Origin: Antedon mediterranea | Lineage: Eukaryota; Animalia; Echinodermata | Assembly: GCF_964355755.1 (NCBI RefSeq) | Contig: NC_092677.1 | Location: 19,428,101-19,492,100 of the forward strand | DNA: 64,000 bases | Direction of reading: 5' to 3' | In this document: positions 25,672-37,123 of the stretch, in pieces | How positions within the stretch are numbered: position 1 is the first letter of the stretch | Layout of the letters: the number at the start of each line of letters is the position of its first letter | Notes under the pieces: model-generated | Database searches by the model: none | Seen by the model: only the letters and a program-made list of their open reading frames with translations | What the model was told of the DNA's origin: nothing | Program-made: the position numbers and the translations under genes

Positions 25672-28600
25672 AAAAGTGTATATAAAAGTGAAGGTACATA
25701 AAATAAAAAATTAAAAATTAAATTATAGAAGTTATGATAAACCAGGCAATTATATAATATAATGATAAAAGGGATAATGATAACAATAAGAGTATAATAT
25801 GAAATATAATTAAATAAAGTATAATAACAAGTATAACGATACAATGTAGCGGAGATTATTGAATACCAGGGTGGAGGATTTAATGCCATGTATCACCACC
25901 AAATAAATAAGGATAAAAGATCGGCGAAAAAATATGTAGCATATTCTGACACCATTTTGTGTTTGAAATTAGATTTAAAACTAGAAAATGAAGATTTCTG
26001 TTTAAATTCATTTGAGAGTGAAGTTCAAAGTTTGGGACCAAAATAATAATTAGAAGATCGTCGAGTCTTAACATTTAAATTATCAAAAATATAATTGTTT
26101 ACAGAGGATCGGGTTTGATAGGAATGACGTTCGTCAATTCTTAAAGTAAATAAAGCACTAAAATGTAAAGCCAGTAAATTGTTAGATAAACGGTACATAA
26201 ATGAGGCAACTTGTAATTTATTTAAATCATAAATGTTTAAAACGATAAATCTTTTAAAGAGTAATGATTCTCCCGCACAAATCCGAAGTGCACGTTTTTG
26301 TAGTTTAAAAAGGCGGTCTATTTGAGTTTTCTCTAGACTTGTCCAGGGGCATAACGTATCAAATTTATCTAGAGTAATTGCCCAACATAAATTGGCATAA
26401 GAAAGGTAAGGCAAAACTAAAGTATTATAAAGGGTTAATGTCATTGTTAATAAAGTGAGAAGGGAACGGTTTACGAGATTTCTTGTCAAGGACTCCATAA
26501 TTGATTGCCAGGTTTTTTGGATGTTATTTTTATGGAATTCAAATTTGTCACTGTAGTAATTCTTTTGGGCAGTACGAAGGATTTTGGTAAGTACATTTCG
26601 ATATTTAACATATATCTTTGTCCTTTTTCTTTTTAGATATAAGAATGTTTTTATATAATTTGTGTTTTTTGTCGATAGATTTAATTAAGCCTTTAGTTAT
26701 CCAGTTTTTTTTCTTTCCGAATATTGAGTTTGGAACGAGTGGTTTTAATGTTGTTATTATAATGTACTAAATATGTCGTTGAATAATGCGTATGCCTGAT
26801 TGAGTTCATTGGAGTTATAAATACTAGTCCAGTCAACATTTGACAAATCATTACTTAAGGCAGAAATTGAAATATCATTTACTTTTTTTGTGTATATATA
26901 TTTATAATTTGGTTTCAGATGTTGGAGAGGTTCTGATTTATGTATTGGCAAGAAAACAGGAAAGTGATCCGAGATGTCCGAATATAGAATTCCGGAAGAA
27001 ATGTTATCGTATAAATTGTTACAACAAATATTGTCGATTAAAGTTGCAGAATTACGCGTAATTCTAGTTGGCCTAGTAATAAGAGCGTAATAATTGGATT
27101 GAAATAAAGTATCAACAAAATCAGAAGAAGAAATTAGAGATATCTTTATTAAATGTGTTAATAGATAATTCAGGCAAACGATATACTACTCCAAGGATTA
27201 TGTTTTTGGGTTGTGCGTCGATTTCAATGAAAAGAGATTCCGAACCATTAGTAATGATAAATGATAAATCAGGGCGAAGAATATATTTAAATCTCTGGTG
27301 TAGGTAAATGGCAACGCCTCCTCCTGGTCTATCAGCTCGTGGAACATGCAAAAGATTATAATTGGTAATATTATAAAAGGAAAAGGGCGTGTTATGATTA
27401 AAAAAAATTTCGGTAAAACATAGTGCTGAGAATTCATGGTTAATAGCACCTACGCATACATTGATATCGTTAAAATTTTAACAAGACTGCGTGCGTTTAA
27501 GTGAAAGATACTAAATGAATAATCTTGTGTTGAATATTTGTTGTTAAGACTATCGATAGGCCTATATTCATAGGCACAAGAGTCAATATTTTCGGAAAAT
27601 AATTGGGCATCGTTGTCATTAATAACATCTTTAAAATTAATATCAAAAGGGTTAAACATTAAAGAATTAAATCTATCAAAGTCAATTCTATCGTCACAAA
27701 GGTAATAGTGAATGACATGCAAGAATTCAGCATCATCGATAATGTGATTAAATGGGAATGCATCTATATTGTCAAAAGGGTCCATGAGAATATCTAACGA
27801 TACATAATGTGATTAGTTTATTCAATAGTATGTAATAAAAGATGCCTGGTAATATTACGTAAAAACAGAAAAGTACAAGAACGTAAATATAAAGAAACAA
27901 GTTGAGAATTAGGGGGTAACAATAAAACAAAGATGAACAAATGGTTTTAAGTAGCTTAAACATCTTATGACAATGCAATTATGTGAGAACAGATTCCTGA
28001 AAACGCTATTGTAAAATTATTATGTAAAATCAATCAAGATCAGGCTTATACAAATTGAGCAAAGTATGCAGATGTAAGGAAAATAATGGATGAAAGATTC
28101 TTAGTCTAATGTTAAACTTTATAATGAATTAAATTTGCAAGGAAAAAACGTTTCTTAGACTGTCCAAGTGTTTACAACAACATTCCGATCGCTAGTATGG
28201 CAATGGAATTTTGAAAAGTTTACCGGAACTATTTCAATGGAATTTCGAAAAGTTTACCGGAATGCCAGTTGATGTTCACCATTTTCCAGCCGTAAAACGA
28301 AGCTTGGTATCTTTGTTGTACATCTCTTTTACTTGTGATCTCCATTTCTTTTTTCCAGTAGATCGGCAGCAGTAAGATCATCTATGATATAACATTTCTG
28401 GCTATCTAGCTCAGAACTTCGTTGTTTCATAACTTCAATCAGCGTATGAGAGAAAACGGGCAATGATACGCCTTGGCCTACGGTGGGCCCGTGCGCTTGT
28501 TGGCCTGGGATCGAGTGTGAAAAAATCAGAAAGAATTTTCTCAAAGATTAAATTACAGTTTTCTTTTGTGTTCTCTTCCACACCAACAATTCTTACGTTA

Positions 28601-28870
28601 TTACGACGAGAAAAGCGTTAATTTTTGCCAACAGGTCAGTTGTACTACCTTGTAAATTAGCAACTGTTGTTGTCAGCTCTGTGACAGTCGTTCTTAATTC
28701 CTTGTTTACATCTTCAAGGGCATCTATTCTAGCAGAATTAAACGATATTGCTTCGTAAAGCTCAGCTTTATTAGATTCTTGGCCCTTTAAAATAGATTCA
28801 AGTTTTTTTTTAAACAAACGATTCAAACGATAGCTGGTCTTCGCTTTCGAGTTCAGCGGGATTGGTTTGT
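25672..28870 (-). mobile_element. Decayed CR1/L2-group LINE: ORF1 remnant, endonuclease and C-terminus, RT core deleted
   Basis: Coiled-coil ORF1 fragment 28593-28826; ORF2 start with FNPF...FHLNARSL (27785-27450), GGGVAIY, GVVYR; C-terminal LYNTLVLPYLSY...LQKRALR...H-x-YQTR. Confidence 0.8.
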
Positions 28871-29068
28871 CGTGATTGGCCTAGAGAGAATTAATATGCT
28901 ATGTATTGAAACATAACATGATATGGAACTTTAAATGTCAGGCCTTCACATTATTAAAGCATCCAAAGTAACAGAATAGTAAGAAATAACAATTACTTTT
29001 ATTATATTTCACCAATCTAATATCCTAACCACACAAGATTATTCACATTAACTTAAAGTACGATGACC

Positions 29069-31291
29069 TTATTGTAATGTAATATACGTATGTAATTCAA
29101 CATCATCATAATTAGAGTGCTCGTTATTACAAAGGGTTGGTATGCTGGTTTCATATTCTGCTTCTGCTGATTTATTTATTATTTTCGCTGGACAACTCAT
29201 ATCTCCCCGATTGGTAATTTTAATTGCTGTGTCATTCACTACCGGTACCCTGTTATTCTTTTGAGACCTGTAATAAATGTATATAATACAATATCATGAA
29301 GTTAGGGTTTTATATGGCTCTATAACCGACAACAAATGGAAGAGAAAAAGAACAAATTGAAGTGGAAATTGAAGTGTTTAAAACAAATAATGATTTCAAA
29401 TACTAAACGTAACATCCTAATTGCGCAGATGTTGTTTATTTGAATGAGTCACAAGTAAATTACCCAAAGACATCAGCAATCACGGTGCAATACTAACAAT
29501 ACCCAAAGCTCTGTCTACACTATCAAACTAACAAAAAATGTTATGTGGCCATATGGACATATCACTACCATATTTAGGCACATCACACTTTTTTTTGTCA
29601 AACTAGTTTGCTAGTGTAGACAGAGCTTTAGTTTTTTATATCAACATAATATAAATGTACAAACCTGCGATAACAGAATACACTTAGAATAATCACCAAT
29701 ATGATGATAACAAGAATAATTATTACAACCAATATGTAAACTGGCAATTCAGCAGATGAATCTGAACTTGGTGTTGATCCATTTGGTCTTTGAACTTTCC
29801 GTTGTTTGGTTAATGCTGTGTCAGAGGTTATTGGTGATCCTTCGGTTACTAAGTTACGCAAATAAAAACGATTCGTTCATCTATTTGATAAATACATTTC
29901 ATATAAACACAAAAATGCTATCTACCAAATACAAAAATAACAAACATAAACCCTCAGAATTTTGTAACAATTATTACATGTAACACCATTATCATCGTAC
30001 ATGCATAAATTTTTATAATGTAATTACCATCTGCTGGTGTGGAACTAATGTTAGCGCAGTCAGGTACGTTTTCTGGTTGAAGACACTGATCAGAAGTCTC
30101 GTCGTAGGCCAATCCACTAGGACATGGCTGAACTGTACTACCTCCATTTACACAGGCCACATAGACAGAACAGTTGGTCGGATGAGCATAATTACCATCA
30201 GATCTCTGATTACACACGTCATCGGGATCTGTAAAACAATCACTTTGACCATCAGATCTCGGATCACACAGATCATCGGGATCTGTAAAACAATCACATT
30301 GGCTATCAATGGTAATATGAACAACACATTTCCGTAAAGTATGAAATAAATGATCATATCTTCAGAAATGATTATGGTCTTCATCATAGCCATGTGTATT
30401 TACCATCTGCTGGTGTGGAACTAATGTTAGCGCAGTCAGGTACGTTTTCTGGTTGAAGGCACTGATTAGAAGTCTCATCGTAGGCCAATCCGTTAGGACA
30501 TGGCTGAATTATACTTCGTCCATTTGAACAGGCCACATAGACAGAACAGTTGGTCGGATGAGCATAATTACCATCAGATCTCAGATCACACACGTCATCG
30601 GGATCTGTAAAACAATCACATTGGCTATCAATGGTAATATGAACAACACATTTCCGTAAAGTATGAAATAAATGATCATATCTTCAGAAATAATTATGGT
30701 CTTCATCATAGCCATGTATAGTTACCATCTGCTGGTGTGGAACTAATGTTAGCGCAGTCAGGTACGTTTTCTGGTTGAAGGCACTGATTAGAAGTCTCAT
30801 CGTAGGCCAATCCATTAGGACATGGCTGAATTATGCTTCGTCCACTTGAACAGACCACATAGACAGAACAGTTGGTCGGATGAGCATAATTACCATCAGT
30901 TCTCAGATCACACACGTCATCGGGATCTGTAAAACAATCACATTGACCATCAGATCTCGGATCACACAGATCATCGGGATCTGTAAAACAATCACATTGG
31001 CTATCAATGGTAATAATATGAACAACACATTTCCGTAAAGTATGAAATAAATCATCATATCTTCAGAAATAATTATGGTCTTCATCATAGCCATGTGTAG
31101 TTACCATCTGCTGGTGTGGAACTAATGTTAGCGCAGTCAGGTACGTTTTCTGGTTGAAGGCACTGATTAGAAATCTCATCGTAGGCCAATCCATTAGGAC
31201 ATGGCTGAATTATACCTCGTCCACTTGAACAGGCCACATAGCCAGAACAGTTGGCCGGATGAGCATAATTATCATCAGATCTCTGATCACA
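29069..31291 (-). CDS. Single-pass receptor: four CBM14 (peritrophin-A chitin-binding) exons, Ser/Thr stalk plus TM exon, Tyr-motif cytoplasmic exon
   Basis: 201-bp phase-1 exons 30726-30926, 30404-30604, 30028-30228 and interrupted 31105-31291 (C-x4-DG-x-YAHP-x-NC-x2-YV-x-C...CP-x-GLAYD-x5-C...C); stalk/TM exon 29665-29848; tail exon 29069-29267 translating to ...EYETS...SNYDDVELHTYITLQ*; all GT-AG. Start exon not identified. Confidence 0.85.
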
Positions 31292-31671
31292 TAGTCCAAG
31301 AGCATTAGTTCATAAGTATAGGCAGACTCGGACATTTCTGGTAACAAGCTAATTTTTTCAGGAAAGGTCCAGAACTATGATTGGAATATCATACTAAAAG
31401 TCCCGAAAAATCCTCCTTGTGCTCGCCGAGAAATCCAAGATGGCGTCCAAAATGGCTGCCATTTTAATTAGTCTATAACTATGTAACCGCTTGTCATAGA
31501 GTATTGATTTTGGTGTCAAATAGTTCACATTATATACATTCCTATTTGCTGTAACAGAAAATTTTGTCAAAAAATGGCCGCTACTACAGTTTCTGGTAGT
31601 TTGACCTTTAACCTGGTCTTATCATATCTCGGTAATGGTTTTTCATAGAGAATTGAGATTAGGCCCAAATT

Positions 31672-32628
31672 TAGTCTGGGTTCCAGACGGAGTTTTGTCT
31701 TAATATTAGTTAAAAGATAAATATTTTGGCACATATGGCGTTTCATACGTATACTACTTGATTTTGGATACTCCGTCTGGGGAAACACGCACAAGTCACG
31801 TGGTTTGACACCAAGAATTCTTGGTGCATACGATTATCCGGTTGACTAGTTTCAGCTGCATGCGATTGGCTACTCTCTCGTACACCGTTTAAATATTCAT
31901 ATTTAAGAATTTCAAAGACTCAACAAATAAGATGATGCGCATGCGCTATGTTACGTTTAGACAATGTGTACTTGGGTACATTTATGAAAGTTCTGAAGGC
32001 TAGAAATTATTTTATATGCCTAGTAGTCTGGTAAACATTTGATGGGATCTTTGAAACATGAAAACTCGTCTTGATATATGATAGGCTAGCTTCTCCGCAA
32101 ATCAAACATTGAATGGATCATTTATTACGCGGAGATAATTTTGATTTAATTCCCACCCAGACCCTGTCCTGTTCTGTGTGTGGTGGTGTAGCCCTGTTGT
32201 GTGCCGGTGGTATGTAGGCCTACTTCATTGGCGTTTTATTTGGCAGGTCATACGTGCGAGTTGAGTAGGACCTACGAAAGAGGCCTAGGCCAAGGACTAA
32301 ACAATTAATAAACAAAACAACTTGGCATTACTATTTTATATTTCAACAGTCTCGATCGTACATTAAGCACTGGTAGGCCTACGTACTCGATCTCTTTCAT
32401 TTTGAAACAAAATGATCATTGGTTGATTCGAAATCCATATTTACATACCGCCCGCCCCATATAGCCAAATACGGTATGATAACCTACGTCATTCTTATCA
32501 TAATGTTTGCGGTCTGCAAATCGATTTCTATACGTGTTTCACAAGTCTGTATTTTCAGACAAAAATCGCGGTCGAAATAAAAACAAATAAATAAAAAAAA
32601 AAGATAATACAGACTTGGGGCAAGTCTA
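31672..32628. mobile_element. AcademH-like non-autonomous element nested in the left arm, 9-bp TSD GCCCAAATT
   Basis: TAG...CTA ends, each with its own hairpin (GTCTGG-GTT-CCAGAC; AGACTTG-GGG-CAAGTCT); perfect 9-bp duplication at 31663-31671 and 32629-32637; the right arm shows the empty site. Confidence 0.85.
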
Positions 32629-33130
32629 GCCCAAATTGTTCAGAACATGCATATTTATATTTGGTGTAATAAAATATTTTATCCCAAAATGACTGGAAGT
32701 GAGGTTATTGACCTCTTATTGACATATTCAAATATCTTTTACCGTATCTCAGGAAATATTTGTCGTAGGTCATAACTTTTGGTGTCAAATTGTTTGGAAC
32801 ATATACATTTCTATTTAGTCTAATACAACAGTTTCCCTTAAAATGCTCGGAAGTAAGTTAATTTATTGAAAATTAAAAAAATCAAAGAGCTGCATAGGCA
32901 GAGTATATATGAATACTGTAGATAAAATGAAAATCAAAGTTTTAACTCTGCCTTCAACTCTTCTCTGTGGTTCGGGCATACCACATCATCAGGTAAAGTG
33001 AATTGTTACAAAAAGAAAATATAAAGTCAATAACTTAAAAGAACAACTGTCAGTGGCTAATCAAAGTTGGTTAAGTAACCAAAAGACAATTGGCAAATAC
33101 CCTTTATCTGCAATGTTTAGATTAGAATTT

Positions 33131-33627
33131 TAAAAGCGACTCTATAGCTCACTATGTCGGTCGGTAAACACTAACTCATATAAATATTTTTTCACTATTT
33201 TGACACTGGATATTAATACTTGGAGGCAAGTATAAATGTTTTTAAACATTTTTCAACATTTTTTAACATTTTCAGTAATTTCGGTCGGTTGGTCAGTCGG
33301 TTAACACTAACTCATATTCATATTTTTTCGTTATTTTGATACTGGATAATAACACTTGGAGGGAAATATAAATGTTTTTAAACATTGTTCAACATTTTTT
33401 AACATTTTCAGCAATTTCAGTTGGTCGGTTGGTAAACACTAACTCATATTCATATTTGTTCGTTATTTTGACACTGGATATTAATACTTGGAGGCAAATA
33501 TAAATGTTTTTAAAAATTGTTAAACATTTTTTTAACATTTTCAGCAATTTCGGTCGGTTGGTTGGTCGGTCAGTCAGTAAACAATAACTCAAATTTGCAC
33601 ACGCGACTGCAGCCATGTTGACTTTGT
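33131..33627 (+). repeat. Helentron/HINE-like element with internal approx. 125-bp tandem repeats
   Basis: GCGACTCTATAG-x-TCACTATGTCGGTC head and GCACACGCGACT end shared with 56801-56906; 3-4 tandem units containing GGTC/GGTT microsatellite. Confidence 0.6.
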
Positions 33628-33806
33628 AAAAATAATCCATTTGAAACATTTCTTGTTTTAAATGTTCGTTATATGGTTTATTTATGATAAAAAGAGAATG
33701 TACCCTAGGTATTTCGCGTGAAACGCTCTTTACTCGGCATGCATATACTTTTTTTTTTCAGATTCAGATTTGTTTTGGTCCTTGCGGAAATCCATGAAAA
33801 ATAGAT

Positions 33807-33878
33807 AGGAAGACCCGGGCAATGACCCGGTACCTCCCACATGCTAAGTGAGCGCTCTACCATTTGATCTAGTCCACC
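33807..33878 (-). pseudogene. tRNA-Ala(AGC)-like pseudogene inside the transposon
   Basis: GGTGGACTAGATCAAATGGTAGAGCGCTCACTTAGCATGTGGGAGGTACCGGGTCATTGCCCGGGTCTTCCT: recognisable D arm and AGC anticodon arm, degenerate T loop and mismatched acceptor stem. Confidence 0.7.
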
Positions 33879-35767
33879 AGTTACATATTTAACTGTTTAA
33901 AGAAAAAATTATTGCCATATGCCCTATAGGATTTATTATATATTGAAAATATGCAAAATAAGGGTCTTTAAATCACTGTAACATTGATCAGCAGCATTCT
34001 GTTACAGTCATTCATCATCTGATGTTGCATCTTCAACATCTTGGTGTTTGTTGCTTCTTTCACATCATTATCTTCATGTTCATCTGTATGGATGCCGTTG
34101 CATATTTGCCATAAAAAGTTATGATGTTAATTTGTTGTCATCTTTAAACAGTTAAAAATGTCTAGTCTGGGCTTCCCGGTTAGAGAACATTCAAGAGTGC
34201 ATTCTCTTTTAAAACGAGGAATGACCTGATTTCAGGTTCCAAAATGCATTATTTTTACAAATAAAATGGTGTTTAACATTTGTTTTTGACAATCCAGAGC
34301 AAACACTATGTACATAGTGTTTGCCAATGCAATGTATTTCCATGCGAAATGTATATGACCTGAAAATTTCATTCTCAAAGTATCATAAAGTCTATACATT
34401 TCCTAAATTACATAAAAGTTATACTTCTTCTATGAACAAAAATAATTATCGAAATTCCTATAAAATTTCTGAAAATATGAAGACAAAAGCATTAATTCGT
34501 GTATAACGCGAGTTACAGACGAATAAAGCATTTAAAATGTATTCATGACATCTAAATATTATTGGTGAAATTTTGTAGCAATAACTTTTCAACCATAGCT
34601 AGTATGGAAATTTCAATTAACGTGTCTCTTTTTTTGGTCATGTCCATTTTTTGTAACAAGAGTTACCGATATATTCTTTGTTCTATCGAAATTAAATAAA
34701 TGATTATTTTGGTTTTTTCTTTTCTAGTATAGTTCATACCCAATGTAACACTTGTTTGTAACAATTCACTTTACCTGATTATGTGCTATGCCCGAACCAT
34801 GGAGAAGAGTTGAAGGCAGAGTTAAAACTTTGATTTTCATTTTTATCTACAGTATTCATATACTCTGCCTATGCAGCTCTTTGATTTTTTTTAATTTTCA
34901 ATAAATTAACTTACTTCCGAGCATTTTAGGGGAAACTGTTGTATTAGACTAAATAGAAATGTATATGTTCCAAACAATTTGACACCAAAAGTTACGGCCT
35001 ACGACAAATATTTCCTGAGATACGGTAAAAGATATTTGAATAGGTCAATAAGAGGTCAATAACCTCACTTCCAGTCATTTTGAGATAAAATATTTTATTA
35101 CACCAAATATAAATATGCATGTTCTGAACAATTTGGGCCTAATCTCAATTCTCTATGACAAGCCATTACCGAGATATGATAAGACCAGGTCAAAGGTCAA
35201 ACTACCAGAAACTGTAGTAGTGGCCATTTTTTGACAAAATTTTCTGTTAGAGCAAATAGGAATCAATATACTGTGAACTATTTAACACCAAAATCAATGC
35301 TAAAATGGCAGCCATTTTGGACGCCATCTTGGATTTCTCGGAGAGCACAAGGAGGATTTTTCGGGACTTTTACTATGATGTTCCAATCATAGTTCTGGAC
35401 CTTTCCTGAAAAAAATTAGCTTGTTACCAGAAATGTCCGAGACAAACCCTAATGCTCCTGGACTAATAGGTCATTAACATCTGCAAAGACTGTGTATTTT
35501 AAAAGACTACAACAAACAAGTGAAAGATCTTCACGTTTTCTTTATTTATTTGTTTCAGTGTACATACACCAAATGTATAATAATGCATATAGCTGTAACA
35601 TAAGAGGTAAGAGGTTTCAAACGTGAAAACTAAAATAATGAAATAAATAGTAAAATAAATAAAATTAGATTACCACATCATTATTACCAATGCTCGTATT
35701 ATGAATTAATAATTTTTTCATATTTTCTGATGCATTTCTTCATCTCTCAGCTGGATTGTATTCAATC

Positions 35768-36085
35768 ACTCAGTGAGTGGCCGAGCGGTTAAGACAGTGG
35801 AACCGTAATCACGTAGCCATAACATCGGCAGGGGTTCGAGGCTCACTCACTCCATGGTTCTGGTGGTAGAACGAGTCTTCTCGGATAAGGACTATAAACC
35901 GTAGGTCCAGTGTACACAACTTGCTCGTGTGCACTTTAAAGAACCTAGTACATCTTTCGAGACGAGTAGGGGGTTACCCCGGTGTATTAGTACATCACAG
36001 CCACTGATCACCAACTGGGCCCTCTGGGAGATCAGTCTTTGACTGAAGAGGTCACCCAGTATAAAGATAAAACAAACAAACAAAC
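35768..36085 (+). mobile_element. tRNA-derived SINE with (AAAC)n tail
   Basis: A box TGGCCGAGCGG, B box GGTTCGAGGC, AAAC repeats at the 3' end; second decayed copy near 50065-50290. Confidence 0.85.
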
Positions 36086-37123
36086 ATCTCAAGAAGACGG
36101 TCGGTCATGTTTCGACAATTATGTGTAAACCATCAGTCATTAGGAAATAATCGTCATTATTGGTACGATACTAAATAAGTAATTTACATTCTACAGATGT
36201 CAAAATATAACATCCATAGGCCGGTTTAGAGGGTACCAAGGGACTCTTGCCATTATAGAAAGTGCACAAATGGACAAAATAGAGGCTCTTAGGAAAGGTT
36301 TTTTTCCTGGTTAGGACCTCAGAACCCCACAATCATAGATTCGCCCTTAACATTTAATCAAATTCAATTCATCTTTAAATACAATTAAAAAAAAAATCAG
36401 AAAATCATACTACCTTGACCATAAACATATTTCGGCTTACAAGTAACTATAAAGAAAATACTTATAATAAATGACCACATATTAGATTACTAAAAACTGC
36501 TACATGTATTAGTTGAGAGAATTCTTTATGCATACTGAATATGATTGGTAGTATGACCAGTGAGTTGTACAACAACAATGAATATTCATTTTTCTTACAC
36601 GAATGATATGTTATTCATTGAAAACAGGAAAACAAATGCTCTATGCTCCGGATTCATTAAAGTGTATAGGCTCATTATTCATCTGATGATGTTTTTCTTT
36701 CGTAATATAGGCAATGTTTATGCATATCCTCACGAAAGATATTTAAACATACAGACTACGATTAACCTATTTTTCGTAGTTTGATGTAAAGTAGGAAATA
36801 ATAAAAAGCACTGTGAACCTTTCCAATCGGGATTTACAGTAGCCTATTGTTATTTTTACATGTTAATGTTAAAATTCGTTAAATAGTCTGGACAATAATT
36901 TACTGTACAATAGTTAAACACACAAACAATATTACTCCAACGTATGTTAACTATCTTTTCATCTTTCTTCTTTTTGAATATATAATACCGTAACAATTAA
37001 ATTATTTTGAAATGATTGTCATTGTACATTTAATCTGAAATGCAGAAAAAAAAATATTGTTAAAATAAACTAGTTATTAGTTTATTAGTGTTATCTTAAT
37101 TATATAATATAATTATGTATTAC

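Larger units (their letters stand above)
31292..35465. mobile_element. Non-autonomous long-TIR DNA transposon (Academ-like, TAG...CTA) interrupting the first CBM14 exon
   Basis: Termini TAGTCCAAGAGCATTAG / CTAATGCTCCTGGACTA; arms of roughly 700 bp (31292-31671 plus 32629-33010 versus 34760-35465); the exon's 5' end (CAG|ATGTTAATGACC) lies at 35466-35481. Confidence 0.85.

Noticed and set aside
30028-31291. Regularly spaced repeats that might suggest a CRISPR-like array
   Set aside because: Units are exon-plus-intron duplications of 322-379 bp with no unique spacers and no cas genes; eukaryotic context.
35674-35721. Possible ATG/signal-peptide exon for the CBM14 receptor (MKKLLI...)
   Set aside because: The ATG frame is not hydrophobic and ends in phase 0, incompatible with the phase-1 CBM14 exon unless frameshifted.
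35768-35855. Possible functional tRNA gene
   Set aside because: No proper cloverleaf; continues into a SINE body with an AAAC tail and has a second decayed copy.
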